A DNA stretch of 58,093 nt from Candidatus Angelobacter sp. (GCA_049688735.1 JBAVLE010000402.1:1-58093); one strand, 5' to 3'. Counted from the stretch's first letter, positions 34,677-45,318 are shown. The notes: generated by a model not told the origin, from the sequence alone. Program-made: numbers and translations.

Positions 34677-35623
34677 TGGCGCAGCCGAATTCAGGTTTTG
34701 TCTCGATTATCGGCCGCCCCAATGCCGGCAAGAGCACGCTGCTCAACGCCTTGGTTGGTGAAAAAATCGCCATCGTTACAGAAAAACCGCAGACCACGCG
34801 GATGAACATCCAGGGCATTCTCAACATCAAGCCAAAAGGTAAGCGCCCCGGAGGCCAGATCGTTTTCATTGACACGCCGGGAGTCCACAAGCCAGATAGC
34901 CGTCTCAATCGCAAGATGATGCAGGAAATTCACGCAGCGCTTGAAAGCCGCGATCTTGTCCTGCTGCTCGTCGATGCCACTGATCGATTCGGTCCCGCCG
35001 ATGAACAAGTCCTTGAACTGGTCAAACGCACCGGAGCGCCGGCCTTTCTGCTGCTGAATAAAGTTGATCGCCTACACAAAGAGCGCCTGCTGCCGGTCAT
35101 CGAACGTTATAGCAAGCTGCATGCATTTCAGGAAGTTATTCCGATCTCTGCGCTCAAGGGTGAAGGGCTTGAAGTGCTGCTCGATAAAGTCATCCGCGCA
35201 CTGCCGCAGAGTCCGCCATATTTTCCTGAAGACCAGCTCACTGACCAGCCGGAGCGTTTTCTCGCGTCAGAAATCATCCGCGAAAAAGTCCTGCTCCAGA
35301 CGGGCAAAGAAGTTCCTTATGCCACAGCCGTGATCGTTGAGCGCTTTGAAGATAAGCCCAAACTGCTGCGTATTGCCGCGGCTATTTTTTGCGAACGCGA
35401 CAGTCAGAAAGCCATCCTCATCGGCAAAGGCGGCCAGAAGCTAAAGCAGATGGGCACCTCCGCGCGCATGGAACTGGAAAAGCGCTGCGGCAAAAAGGTC
35501 TACTTGGAACTCTTCGTCAAGGTCAAAGCCGGCTGGCGCCAATCAGAGGCGTTTGTTGAAGAGTTGGATTGGCGTCGCCAACTCGAGAACCTCGCTGGAC
35601 CCACTCCGCGGACAGAAGAATAA
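34676..35623 (+). CDS. era: GTPase Era
   Basis: GRPNAGKSTLLNALVG (G1), DTPG (G3), NKVD (G4) and a KH domain. The start overlaps the preceding stop (TAATG). Confidence 0.92.
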   Translation: MAQPNSGFVSIIGRPNAGKSTLLNALVGEKIAIVTEKPQTTRMNIQGILNIKPKGKRPGGQIVFIDTPGVHKPDSRLNRKMMQEIHAALESRDLVLLLVDATDRFGPADEQVLELVKRTGAPAFLLLNKVDRLHKERLLPVIERYSKLHAFQEVIPISALKGEGLEVLLDKVIRALPQSPPYFPEDQLTDQPERFLASEIIREKVLLQTGKEVPYATAVIVERFEDKPKLLRIAAAIFCERDSQKAILIGKGGQKLKQMGTSARMELEKRCGKKVYLELFVKVKAGWRQSEAFVEELDWRRQLENLAGPTPRTEE

Positions 35624-35635
35624 CTTTCACCAACT

Positions 35636-35914
35636 TTAGCCAAGTATATCTACTTCCGTGTAACTTCCTGGTTGAGCGGCGTTCACCGCTTCTACGACAC
35701 TCGGTATTATTGGCCGGATAAGCCTCCACCTGCCTTTACCTAATACGACTATTGCTATCCTACGGCCCTCAAGGTTCTGCTGATAACGAAGATTCTTGTC
35801 GGTAGTAAGCAATAGATCAAATCCAGCTTGTTCCGATGCCGTCAGCAATTCGCCATTGGTTGATTTATCCCAACCTTGGGATCTGGCTTCTTTAACAGTA
35901 TGTTCGTAAGCCAC
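35636..35914 (-). pseudogene. C-terminal fragment of a small PIN-like (DUF5615-type) toxin-family protein
   Basis: GWDKSTNGELLTASEQAGFDLLLTTDKNLRYQQNLEGRRIAIVVL resembles this family, from memory. A matching N-terminal piece (LVVVAFDQGTPRGIARWL) lies in another frame at about 35915-35975 with no start codon. Confidence 0.4.
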
Positions 35915-36019
35915 CGGGCTATACCTCGCGGTGTGCCTTGATCAAATGCAACGACAACCAGGGATTTTCCGCGGCAGCACCTGGCGCAAGCGCGACAGAT
36001 GCTGCCGGGTCATCTCGAT

Positions 36020-37231
36020 CTATTTTCCTTCTGTGACCTTCACCAACTGGCCATCGCGCAGGGCTTGCTGGCCGGGCACAATCGCCAGATCCGCCGGAGT
36101 GATACCGGCAACAACTTCAACATTCGTACCGTCATTGAAGCCGACTTCAATCGGCGTCTTTTTCGCCTTGCCCTCATTGAAAATGAAAACGAAGGAGTTT
36201 GCCTTCTCCTTGACGACGGCCTCGACCGGGAGCACCAATGCGTCATTTTTCTTATCGATGCTGATGCGGGCATTGACGAGCATTCCCGGCTGCAATTTCA
36301 TTCCGGGATTGGTCATTTGCGTTTCCGTCAACATGGTCTTGGTTGCCTTCTCCAAAGTCCAGTAAGCGCGGGTGACTTTCCCATCAAAGTGCTCGCCGGG
36401 ATAGCCGTCGGCCGTCCAGCGGATGGGTTGTCCAATCTTGATGTGCGTTGCCTCGGTCTCCGGCACGGCAACCTGCAACCGCAATGTTTTGAAATCGGTG
36501 AGATTGACAATAGCCGCTGTTTCCGGGGTGCTCGTCGCATCGGGCAGGGGAATGTAAGCACCCGGGTCAACGTAGCGGTGGGTAATGACCCCGTCAAAGG
36601 GAGCAGTCAGGCGGGTGTATTTCAGCATTGTCTCGGTGTATTGAAGGTTGCTTTTGGCCACGGCAAGTTTGCCATTGGCGATGGCCTGGCGACTCTTGCC
36701 GGTGTCGGTATCGGAGGCTGGGACATAGGACGCGTTGGTTGAGGCATTTTGACTCACCTGTCCGTACTCAGCCTGTGCCAGTTCCAACTCAGCTTTATAT
36801 TTGACGAGGTTGGCCCGCAGTTCCGGCACGTCGATATCGGCGATTAAATCTCCGGCCTTAACTGAATCACCCTTGTCCACTGCGAGCTTGTCCAAATAGC
36901 CGTTGACCTTGGCGAAAAGCGTGACCTCGTACAAAGGACGCACTTCTCCCGGCAAATTAATGAAGCGATAAACTTCGCCGCGATGCGGATGAATGGCCTT
37001 AACTTCGATCGAGGCTGCTTTCTCCACCGGCTTCGCGGTGGCGGAAGAGGCTTGCTCCTCACACCCGCTAAGAACAAAAATACAAGCTAAGAGAGGCAAG
37101 AGCAGCAGATATTTTCCGGCAGTCTTCCGGCGTACTTGGGCGGTTTTGGCATCTTGCCAAAATCCTCCTCTGTACTGAGGACTTTCATTGACATTGTTCG
37201 AATGGGTCCGATCGTGCGCTTCAATTTTCAT
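36020..37231 (-). CDS. efflux RND periplasmic adaptor (MFP/HlyD family) lipoprotein
   Basis: Lipobox VLSGC, coiled-coil plus beta-barrel pattern. ATGA overlap with the upstream RND gene. Confidence 0.85.
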   Translation of the reverse strand: MKIEAHDRTHSNNVNESPQYRGGFWQDAKTAQVRRKTAGKYLLLLPLLACIFVLSGCEEQASSATAKPVEKAASIEVKAIHPHRGEVYRFINLPGEVRPLYEVTLFAKVNGYLDKLAVDKGDSVKAGDLIADIDVPELRANLVKYKAELELAQAEYGQVSQNASTNASYVPASDTDTGKSRQAIANGKLAVAKSNLQYTETMLKYTRLTAPFDGVITHRYVDPGAYIPLPDATSTPETAAIVNLTDFKTLRLQVAVPETEATHIKIGQPIRWTADGYPGEHFDGKVTRAYWTLEKATKTMLTETQMTNPGMKLQPGMLVNARISIDKKNDALVLPVEAVVKEKANSFVFIFNEGKAKKTPIEVGFNDGTNVEVVAGITPADLAIVPGQQALRDGQLVKVTEGK

Positions 37232-40200
37232 AATTCAGCTCCTTCCACCGCTGGTTGATAATGGCTGCTCTGCACATCATTGGGATCAAGTGACGCTGCA
37301 CGCCGATGGCTGCGGTTTTGCACCACAGCAAAGATCGATGGCAGCACAAAAAGCGTGGCGATTGTTGCAGCTGCCAATCCGCCAACCACAGCGCGGCCCA
37401 GCGGCGCAGCCTGCCCGCCGGACTCACCCAGGCTCAACGCCATAGGCATCATTCCCGCAATCATTGCGGCGCTGGTCATCAGAATCGGACGCAAGCGGCT
37501 GCGCCCGCCTTCCATGCCAGCAGCCACTGCGCCAGCCCCGCTAAGCCGGCTGCGTTCGGCAAAGGTCACCAGCAGAATTGCGTTCGCCACGGCTACGCCC
37601 ACGCCCATAATTGCGCCCATAAATGACTGGATGTTGAGTGTGGTACCAGTCAGCCACAGCGCCATGACCACGCCGGCCAGCACGGCAGGGACCGTCGAGA
37701 CGACGATAAAAGACATTTTGAGCGACTGAAAATTGGCCGTCAGCAATAAAAAAATCGCCACAACCGCCAGCACCAGGCCGCGCCGCAATCCGTCCAGCAT
37801 TTCCTGCATCGGGACCACTTGCCCACGCACTGCCACACTGACGCCGGCCGGCGGCGTGCCGAGTTCAGCAATCGCGCGGCGAACCTGCTGTGCCGCGCCA
37901 GCCAGGTCATCGCCATATATGTTCGCGCGCACCGTGATCAATCGCTGCATGTCATAGCGCTGGTATTCGCCCATTGCGGTGCCTTCGCTGATCTGTGCGA
38001 TATTGCGCAGGGTTACATCCTTGAGCTTCTTCGCCGGGTCTTTAGGTTGATGCTGAAGCACGGGAAGGTTTCCGACATCCTCAAGCGAGGTCATCAATTG
38101 TTGCGGGATTTGCACCTGCACCTGGTAGGCGACGCCGCTGTTCGGGTCAGCCCAATAATTGAGATTCAGGAATCGGCTCGACCACGTAGCAGGCACCAGC
38201 GCCTTAGACACTTCTTTCATGTCGGGGCCGATGATTCCGGCGCGTTCGCGGTCCACTTTGACATCAACGGTGGGATAATCCAACGACTGGGCAAATTGCA
38301 CATCGCGCAATACTGCAATGTTTTCCAGTCTCGACTTGACCTTTTCGGAGAAGGCGCGGCTTGAGGCAATATCCTGCGCGCTAACGGCGACTTCAATAGG
38401 AGTATCCGCGCCCAAACTCATGACGCGGCTGACGATGTCCGCAGGCTCAAATGAAAAAGTTGCATCGGGCATCTGCTCGGCAAATTCCCGCCTGAGCTGT
38501 TCTTTTAATGCTTCAGTCCGGATATTTGTTCCAGCCTTTATCTGTACTTGCAAAACGCCTTCCTCTGGTCCGCCATTCCAAAGGTGAACAAAGTTGATGG
38601 GGAAATTTGAGCCGTGAATACCGATCAATCCCATCGAGATGGCCACATTGTCCGGGCCGACCTCTTTTTTGATCAAGTTCAGCGCCTTAAGAAAAACGGC
38701 TTCAGTGCCATCGATGTTCGTTCCCGCGGGAGCGCGGAAGCGGACCTGCAACTGTCCGGCATCAACCTGCGGAAATATTTCCACGCCTAATTGTTTTCCA
38801 ACAAAAACAATGATCGCGATTGTCGCCACCAAATACCCAACAATCAGCGCCTTTCGCCACGGGGCGAGCTGTTGCAAGAAACTTGCATAAGCGCCTTGGA
38901 ATCGGGCAAACGCGCTTTCTGCCTTTGTTTGTGTAGCAGATTTTTCGTGGCCGCCTAGCAGCCACACTGAGAGAAGCGGCACGACGGTGCTGGAGAGAAA
39001 GTAGGATGCGACCATCGAGAAGCCTACAGCGAGGGCAAGCGGCAAAAACAGGGCGCGCGCCGCGCCGGTCATAAAGAGGGCGGGCGTAAACATTGCCAGT
39101 ATGCAAAGCATCGCAAGCAGGCGGGGAATGCGCGTTTCATTGGTGGCATCCAGAGCGGCGCGGGCAAGCGTTTTGCCCTGGGGCAAGTGAACGTGGATGT
39201 TCTCCAGGCAGACGGTAGCTTCGTCAACCAGAATTCCGACAGCCAGGGCGAGGCCGCCCAGAGTCATGATGTTGATCGTGTCTCCGGCTAGCCGCAGCGC
39301 AAGCATTGCCGCCATGAGCGAAACCGGGATATTGATGATGACGATGATTGCGCTGCGCCAATCGCGCAAAAAGATGAGGATCATCAGCCCGGTGAGGATC
39401 GCTCCAAGGGCGCCTTCCTGTATTAAGCCGGTCAGCGCACGCTCCACATAGCCCGATTGGTCAAATTGATAACTGACCCGCACGTCTGAAGGGAGCACGC
39501 TCTGAAATTTTGGGATGTTCTTTTTAACAAGATTGACGACCGCCAGGGTGGAAGCGTCTGCGCGCTTCGTCACCGGAATATAAACCGTGCGGCGTCCATT
39601 CACGAGCGCGTAGCTGGTCACAATGTCCGCGCCATCCACCACATGCGCCACGTCCCGGACAAAAACCGCCGGATATACGCCTGTATGAATTGGGACCGCT
39701 TCAAGATCTTTGATGTTCCGCGGAATTGAATTGAGCGGAACCATCGGATATTTCCCATCAATCATCATGTTGCCAGAGGGGCTAATGAGATTGGCCTTGG
39801 TAATGGCATCGACGACTTCGTCGGGCGAGATTTTGTAGGAGTACATCCGGTCGGGATCAATGTTGACGACGATCGACCGTGCGCTGCCGCCAAACGGCGG
39901 TGGGGCTGAAACGCCGGGGAGTGTTGCGAAGAGAGGACGCACCAGGTTGAGGGCAGCGTCCTGCATTTCAGTGACTGAGCGCGTTTCGCTGGAGAAAACC
40001 AGTTGGCCCACGGGTACGCTGCCTGCATCGAACCGCGTGATGAATGGTGGCAACGTCCCGGTGGGCATAAACGCACGCGCCGCATTCACGTAAGCAACGG
40101 TCTCCGCCATCGCCTGCGACATATCTGTGCCGGGATGGAACTGCAGCTTGATGATCGCCGCACCTTGAATGGATTTCGATTCAATGTGTTCGATACCGGC

Positions 40201-40422
40201 AACGTAGAGGAAATGGTATTCGTAGTAATAGGTCAGGTACCCTTCCATTTGGGCTGGGTCCATTCCTCCATAAGGTTGCGCGATGTAGATCGTTGGAATG
40301 CCGAGGTTCGGGAAGATGTCCTTCGACATCTGCCGCCACGAGAGAACGGAAACCAGCGCGACCGCAATCACAATCACAATAACTGTGAAGGGACGCCGCA
40401 ATGCAAATTGAGGAAGGTTCAT
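37228..40422 (-). CDS. efflux RND transporter permease (AcrB/Mdt-like), paralog 2
   Basis: About 1060 aa with 12-TM RND architecture. Its N-terminus MNLPQFALRRPFTVIV is of the same type as the first RND gene. Confidence 0.92.
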   Translation of the reverse strand: MNLPQFALRRPFTVIVIVIAVALVSVLSWRQMSKDIFPNLGIPTIYIAQPYGGMDPAQMEGYLTYYYEYHFLYVAGIEHIESKSIQGAAIIKLQFHPGTDMSQAMAETVAYVNAARAFMPTGTLPPFITRFDAGSVPVGQLVFSSETRSVTEMQDAALNLVRPLFATLPGVSAPPPFGGSARSIVVNIDPDRMYSYKISPDEVVDAITKANLISPSGNMMIDGKYPMVPLNSIPRNIKDLEAVPIHTGVYPAVFVRDVAHVVDGADIVTSYALVNGRRTVYIPVTKRADASTLAVVNLVKKNIPKFQSVLPSDVRVSYQFDQSGYVERALTGLIQEGALGAILTGLMILIFLRDWRSAIIVIINIPVSLMAAMLALRLAGDTINIMTLGGLALAVGILVDEATVCLENIHVHLPQGKTLARAALDATNETRIPRLLAMLCILAMFTPALFMTGAARALFLPLALAVGFSMVASYFLSSTVVPLLSVWLLGGHEKSATQTKAESAFARFQGAYASFLQQLAPWRKALIVGYLVATIAIIVFVGKQLGVEIFPQVDAGQLQVRFRAPAGTNIDGTEAVFLKALNLIKKEVGPDNVAISMGLIGIHGSNFPINFVHLWNGGPEEGVLQVQIKAGTNIRTEALKEQLRREFAEQMPDATFSFEPADIVSRVMSLGADTPIEVAVSAQDIASSRAFSEKVKSRLENIAVLRDVQFAQSLDYPTVDVKVDRERAGIIGPDMKEVSKALVPATWSSRFLNLNYWADPNSGVAYQVQVQIPQQLMTSLEDVGNLPVLQHQPKDPAKKLKDVTLRNIAQISEGTAMGEYQRYDMQRLITVRANIYGDDLAGAAQQVRRAIAELGTPPAGVSVAVRGQVVPMQEMLDGLRRGLVLAVVAIFLLLTANFQSLKMSFIVVSTVPAVLAGVVMALWLTGTTLNIQSFMGAIMGVGVAVANAILLVTFAERSRLSGAGAVAAGMEGGRSRLRPILMTSAAMIAGMMPMALSLGESGGQAAPLGRAVVGGLAAATIATLFVLPSIFAVVQNRSHRRAASLDPNDVQSSHYQPAVEGAEL

Positions 40423-43400
40423 GCGGGATCTCCGTTTGGCAATATATTGACAGGCTCAAGCGACACGCTGCGGCGATGGCTGTTCTTTTGCACGCGGGCG
40501 AAGATTGCAGGCAGCACAAACAAAGTCGCCAGGGTCGCCGCTCCAAGGCCGCCGATGACAGCGCGGCCAAGTGGGACCATTTGTTTGTCTGCATCGCCGA
40601 TTCCAATCGCCACCGGCAACATCCCCGCAATCATCGCCAGGCTTGTCATTAAAATGGGCCGCAGGCGGCTGCGCGCACCTTCTTTGGCTGCTTCGGCAGC
40701 TGTGGCGCCGCTGATTCGAGCACGCTCAGCGAAGGTCACCAGCAAAATGGCATTGGCGACGGCAACTCCCAGCGCCATAATCGCACCCATAAAAGAGTCA
40801 AGATTGATCGTTGAATGCGTCAGCCACAAGGACAGAGCAACGCCGGCCAAAGCCGCCGGGGCTGTCGACATCACAATGATCGACAACTTGAGCGATTGAA
40901 AATTTGCAGCCAGCAGCAGAAAAATGGCGCCAATGACAATCAGCAGCCCCTGTTGAAATCCGTCGAGCATCTCCGCCAGTGGAGGCACCTGGCCTCGCAT
41001 TGCCACGCTGACTCGCGCGGGAGGCGAGCCTAATTCAGCGATCGCCTTGGCGACCCGCCGCGAAACATGGCCAAGGTCCTCATTTGCGATGTTGGCCCGG
41101 ATGGTCAAGGTCCGCTGCATGTTGTAGCGGTCATATTCGCTCATCTCTGTGCCTTGGCGGATGTGGCCAAGATTGCGCAAGAGAATGGATTTCATTCCAG
41201 TTTCCATGACGGGTAAGTTGCCGACATCCTCAAGCGAGGTCATGAGCTTTTGCGGAATCTGCGTTTGGACTTGGTACGCAATTCCTGTTTTCGGGTCGGC
41301 CCAGTAGTTGGGAATCTCAAACCGGCTGGACCATGTTGCCGGCGCCAATGCGCGTGAAACCTGCGCCATCGTCGGTCCAATGATTCCCGCCCGCTCGCGG
41401 TCCACAGACACTTCGACCGTTGGATAATCGAGCGATTGAGAATATTGAACGTCATCCAAAGTTGGAATCGTCTCGAGCTTGGATTTAACTTTGTCAGCGA
41501 AGGCGCGATCAGCGGCAATATTAGGCCCGCTCACGGCCACTTCGATTGGGGTTGACACGCCCATGCTTACCACGCGGCTGATCAAGTCAGCGGGCTCAAA
41601 GGAGAAATTTACGCCCGGGATTTGTGCCGCGAACTGCTGACGAAGATTATTCTTCAAGTCTTCAATGTGTTTGGTGGCGCCATCCGCCAACTGGATTTGC
41701 AGCACCCCTTCTTCCGTGCCTCCATCCCATAGATAAAGGTAGTTGATCGGATAGCTTGACCCATGAAGGCCGACGAACCCGAGCGACAATCGCACGTTCT
41801 GGGCGCCCACAGTAGTCTTGACCATATCGAGCGCCTTCAAGAGCACCGCTTCTGTCCCGTCAATACTTGTTCCGGGCGCGGCGCGCAAACGCAATTGCAA
41901 TTCGCGTGACTCCACGCGCGGGAAGATTTCTGTTCCCAGAAGCCCGCCAATACAAACAATTACGGCTATCGTGCCGCACAGATAAGCCAATATGAGGGAT
42001 CCATGCCGGCGCTCCAGCTTTTGCAATGCCGAGGCATAGCCATTCTGCCAGACCTTCCACCGCGACCCGGACGATGGCACTTGGCGGATGCGCGAGATCC
42101 AAACCATAAGGACCGGCACAAGCGTGCTGGAAAGAAAGTAAGAGGCGGCCATTGTAAAGCCGACCGCCAATGCGAGCGGCAAAAACATTGCCTTGGCTGC
42201 GCCCGTCATGAAAAGAGCGGGCGTAAACATCACCAAAATACAGAGCATGGCAAGCAGGCGGGGGCCGGCAGTTTCCGAGGTAGCATCCAGAGCGGCGCGC
42301 GCCAGGGACTGGCCCCGGGCCAGGTGAACGTGGATGTTTTCCATGCACACCGTCGTTGTGTCAACCAGAATTCCAACGGCAAGCGCAAGGCCGCCCAAGG
42401 TCATCAGGTTGATCGTCTCTCCGCTCAGCCACAGCGCCACCACTCCGGCCATGAGCGCAATAGGTATATTTACGACCACCACCAGGGCGCTGCGCCAGTC
42501 GCGCAGGAAGAAAATGACCATCAATCCCGTCAACAGCGCGCCAATGCATCCTTCCCACGGCAGTTCGGCCAAAGCGTGGGTAACCACAGGCGATCGATCC
42601 ATTTCGAAACTGACTTTCACCCCCGAAGGAAGAACGCCCTGAAATTTTGCAAGGCTTTCTCGCACTTCGCGCGCGACGGACAGCGTTGAGGCATCGGCAC
42701 GTTTGGTGACCGGAACGTAAATAGCGCGTTTTCCGTTCACCAGCGCATAGCAAGTCACGATATCTGAATCATCCTTGACATCGGCGACATCGCGAACAAA
42801 AACAGCTGGGTACTCGCCACCGCGAATGGGCGCGGCGCGCAGGTCATCGATGTTGCGCGGAACTGAATTGACCGGCACCAACGGGTATTTCCCGCCCTTC
42901 ATGATGTTTCCAGAAGGGCTGACCACGTTGGCTTCGGCAATGGCTTGCGCCACTTCATCCGGAGACATGTGATAGGACTTCAGTCGATCCGGTTTCAAAC
43001 TGACAACAATGCTCCGCGCATTGCCGCCGAAAGGTGGCGGCGCGGAAACACCGGGCAATGTTGAGAGCAATGGCCGCACGCGATTGAGCGCGGCATCTTG
43101 CATTTCCGTGATGGAACGCGTGTCGCTGGTGAAAACCAGATATCCCGTTGGCACGCTGCCAGCGTCGAAGCGCGTGATAAGCGGCGGCACGGTGCCGGGC
43201 GGCATGAATGATCGCGCGCGGTTCACGTACGCCACCGTTTCAGCCATCGCCTGAGACATGTCTGTCCCGGGATGGAACTGGAGCTTCATCAAGGCCGCGC
43301 CTTGCGTGGACTTCGATTCCACATGCTCGATCCCGGTGAGGTAAAGAAAGTGGTACTCGAAGAAGTAAACTAGATAACCTTCCATCTGCGCCGGGTCCAT

Positions 43401-43559
43401 TCCGCCATAAGCCTGCGCTACATAGATTGTTGGAAGATTAAACTCCGGGAAAATATCCTTGGGCATTTCCAGCCAGGCCAGTGTTGATGCCAGTGCAATA
43501 GCTATTACCATCACAACGACGGTAAGTGGACGGCGCAAGGCTGTTTGGGGGAGGCTCAC
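40419..43559 (-). CDS. efflux RND transporter permease (AcrB/Mdt-like), paralog 1
   Basis: About 1045 aa. Shares long identical runs with paralog 2 (GGMDPAQMEGYL, KLQFHPGTDMSQAMAETVAYVN, LPGVSAPPPFGG, VTKRADASTL). GTG start. Confidence 0.92.
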   Translation of the reverse strand: MSLPQTALRRPLTVVVMVIAIALASTLAWLEMPKDIFPEFNLPTIYVAQAYGGMDPAQMEGYLVYFFEYHFLYLTGIEHVESKSTQGAALMKLQFHPGTDMSQAMAETVAYVNRARSFMPPGTVPPLITRFDAGSVPTGYLVFTSDTRSITEMQDAALNRVRPLLSTLPGVSAPPPFGGNARSIVVSLKPDRLKSYHMSPDEVAQAIAEANVVSPSGNIMKGGKYPLVPVNSVPRNIDDLRAAPIRGGEYPAVFVRDVADVKDDSDIVTCYALVNGKRAIYVPVTKRADASTLSVAREVRESLAKFQGVLPSGVKVSFEMDRSPVVTHALAELPWEGCIGALLTGLMVIFFLRDWRSALVVVVNIPIALMAGVVALWLSGETINLMTLGGLALAVGILVDTTTVCMENIHVHLARGQSLARAALDATSETAGPRLLAMLCILVMFTPALFMTGAAKAMFLPLALAVGFTMAASYFLSSTLVPVLMVWISRIRQVPSSGSRWKVWQNGYASALQKLERRHGSLILAYLCGTIAVIVCIGGLLGTEIFPRVESRELQLRLRAAPGTSIDGTEAVLLKALDMVKTTVGAQNVRLSLGFVGLHGSSYPINYLYLWDGGTEEGVLQIQLADGATKHIEDLKNNLRQQFAAQIPGVNFSFEPADLISRVVSMGVSTPIEVAVSGPNIAADRAFADKVKSKLETIPTLDDVQYSQSLDYPTVEVSVDRERAGIIGPTMAQVSRALAPATWSSRFEIPNYWADPKTGIAYQVQTQIPQKLMTSLEDVGNLPVMETGMKSILLRNLGHIRQGTEMSEYDRYNMQRTLTIRANIANEDLGHVSRRVAKAIAELGSPPARVSVAMRGQVPPLAEMLDGFQQGLLIVIGAIFLLLAANFQSLKLSIIVMSTAPAALAGVALSLWLTHSTINLDSFMGAIMALGVAVANAILLVTFAERARISGATAAEAAKEGARSRLRPILMTSLAMIAGMLPVAIGIGDADKQMVPLGRAVIGGLGAATLATLFVLPAIFARVQKNSHRRSVSLEPVNILPNGDPA

Positions 43560-44269
43560 AAGAACTTTAGGAAATTCGCGCGAAGTCTAGCACGGTGCTA
43601 TTGCTGCCACATGATACCAATCGGAATAATTGTGGTTTCCGTAAAATGAGAAACAATGAAATTAGCCAGTCACGATAGAGTTCTTCCAGATTCGCTTGCT
43701 TCACCATGCTAGGGGCATCGTTGATTAGGCCAATATAATTACCTTCCAACTATATAGTTGTGAGCAACTTCTGAGTGGCGGCCAAACTATATCCATGCAA
43801 CGATTTTATGCACGATGCATTGGCTTCGCTCGAATTTAATATAAGTAATATTGCTTATATCAACATTGGGATGAGGTGCATCGAACAGCCGATTACGAAA
43901 GCCTATATTCGCCTTGGCCATCAGAAATATTCTATTTTCGAAAACACCGGTCGCAATTACTCCAAGGTGTGTGCATTCAGGCCCATACATTACCTGGCTC
44001 GTACATCCAAGCTTCATTTTGGTTCGTCATCATAGTTTCAAGTTTCGCCGCAAATGCCATTCTTGTTTTTCGAAAATTACGCTATATCTATGCGAGTTCC
44101 ATTTTGGTACTTCGTTATTACTTTGGTTTCGCCATAAAGCGGATAATTATTTCCCACGAATGACTTATAGCTTCTAATCACCTCCGCCGACCACAAAAAA
44201 TCAAGTTTCCAGCAAGCGCTCGGGAGATTAAGGCTTCTCTTATGTCGAGTTGCTGCTTGCGGAGGTTCT

Positions 44270-44701
44270 TTGAGCAAGACTCATTACGAATCGCAAAAGA
44301 AAGCAGCGCAACAATCAGACAAGAAGATCCTTCTTGTCGATGATTCCAGCACCACGCTGCTTATTGAAGAGATGGTGTTCAGGGAACATACCCAATATGG
44401 GGTAGTGCTGGCCCGAAATGGCGAGGAAGCTGTCGAAAAGGCTATCGCTGAGCAGCCGAACCTGGTTTTGATGGATGTAATCATGCCCAAAATGAACGGG
44501 TTTGACGCCTGCCGCGAGATGCGGAAGCATGATGCGTTGCGAAACGTTCCTATCATCATGGTCACCAGCCGTGGCGAGTCATGCAACGTGGAGCAAGGAT
44601 TTGAAAGCGGCTGCAATGACTATGTCACCAAGCCAATCAATGGCTCCGAACTCATTCAGATAGTCAATGGCTATTTGATGTCCCAAGGACAGAGCGAATG
44701 A
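44270..44701 (+). CDS. cheY: CheY-like response regulator
   Basis: KILLVDDS, LVLMDVIMP, MVTS, YVTKP. TTG start with GGAGG 5 nt upstream. Confidence 0.85.
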   Translation: MSKTHYESQKKAAQQSDKKILLVDDSSTTLLIEEMVFREHTQYGVVLARNGEEAVEKAIAEQPNLVLMDVIMPKMNGFDACREMRKHDALRNVPIIMVTSRGESCNVEQGFESGCNDYVTKPINGSELIQIVNGYLMSQGQSE

Positions 44702-45318
44702 TTTCTAAACCCGAATGGCCATGGAGTTCGAGAAATACTCAGAAAGCCGACTTGGCCGGCCTGGAGCAGGATTTGCGGCATCTCTCATTGCGGTATATGA
44801 GGCAATCCGTGGAACTTCCGCTCAACCACGAGGACAAGGCGGTGAGGGCAAAGCTGTACGCCGCTGCAAAAGCGCTGCAGCAGGCCGTCAGGCAAAACAT
44901 GGTTGCGGATGCCATTTTCGAGATTGGTTCAAACCTGATGGGCTGCGAACAGATCGCGCTGCTGGTTACGTGCCAACAGCAAGACCGTATCGCTCTTCTC
45001 GGCTCCGTTGGGGTTAATCCAGAACAGCTTGAGACGATACGGCGGAATGCAAAACGAATTATCGAAGAAGCTCCTGCGGATTCGATCTACATAAAAACCG
45101 GAGTTGACGACCATTCTTTTCTGTCGTCACTCGGCATTACAGCCCGCATACCTGTTCGGTTGGATAGCACAAGAAAAGGCGCCATTGTTTTATTTGATCT
45201 GCTTCCACAACGCACCGGTCTGGATTCAGGAGACCGGGAACTGCTGAAACTACTTTGCGCCTATGCCGGGCCCTGCCTAGCGGCCAACAACATACACCAC
45301 CAGGAGATCTTTGGATGA
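44698..45318 (+). CDS. GAF-like domain protein embedded in the che operon
   Basis: ATGA overlaps on both sides. The C-terminal 140 aa (IFEIGSNLMGCEQIALLV ... GAIVLFDLLPQRTGLDSGDRELLKLL) looks GAF-like by eye. Confidence 0.6.
   Translation: MISKPEWPWSSRNTQKADLAGLEQDLRHLSLRYMRQSVELPLNHEDKAVRAKLYAAAKALQQAVRQNMVADAIFEIGSNLMGCEQIALLVTCQQQDRIALLGSVGVNPEQLETIRRNAKRIIEEAPADSIYIKTGVDDHSFLSSLGITARIPVRLDSTRKGAIVLFDLLPQRTGLDSGDRELLKLLCAYAGPCLAANNIHHQEIFG

Noticed and set aside
37280-43254. Many plus-strand ORFs inside the two RND genes (for example 37280-37729, 37819-38364, 40003-40899, 42003-42689).
   Set aside because: They are antisense to about 1050-aa RND frames with unmistakable family similarity. 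Their composition is Arg/Pro/Ala-rich antisense noise.
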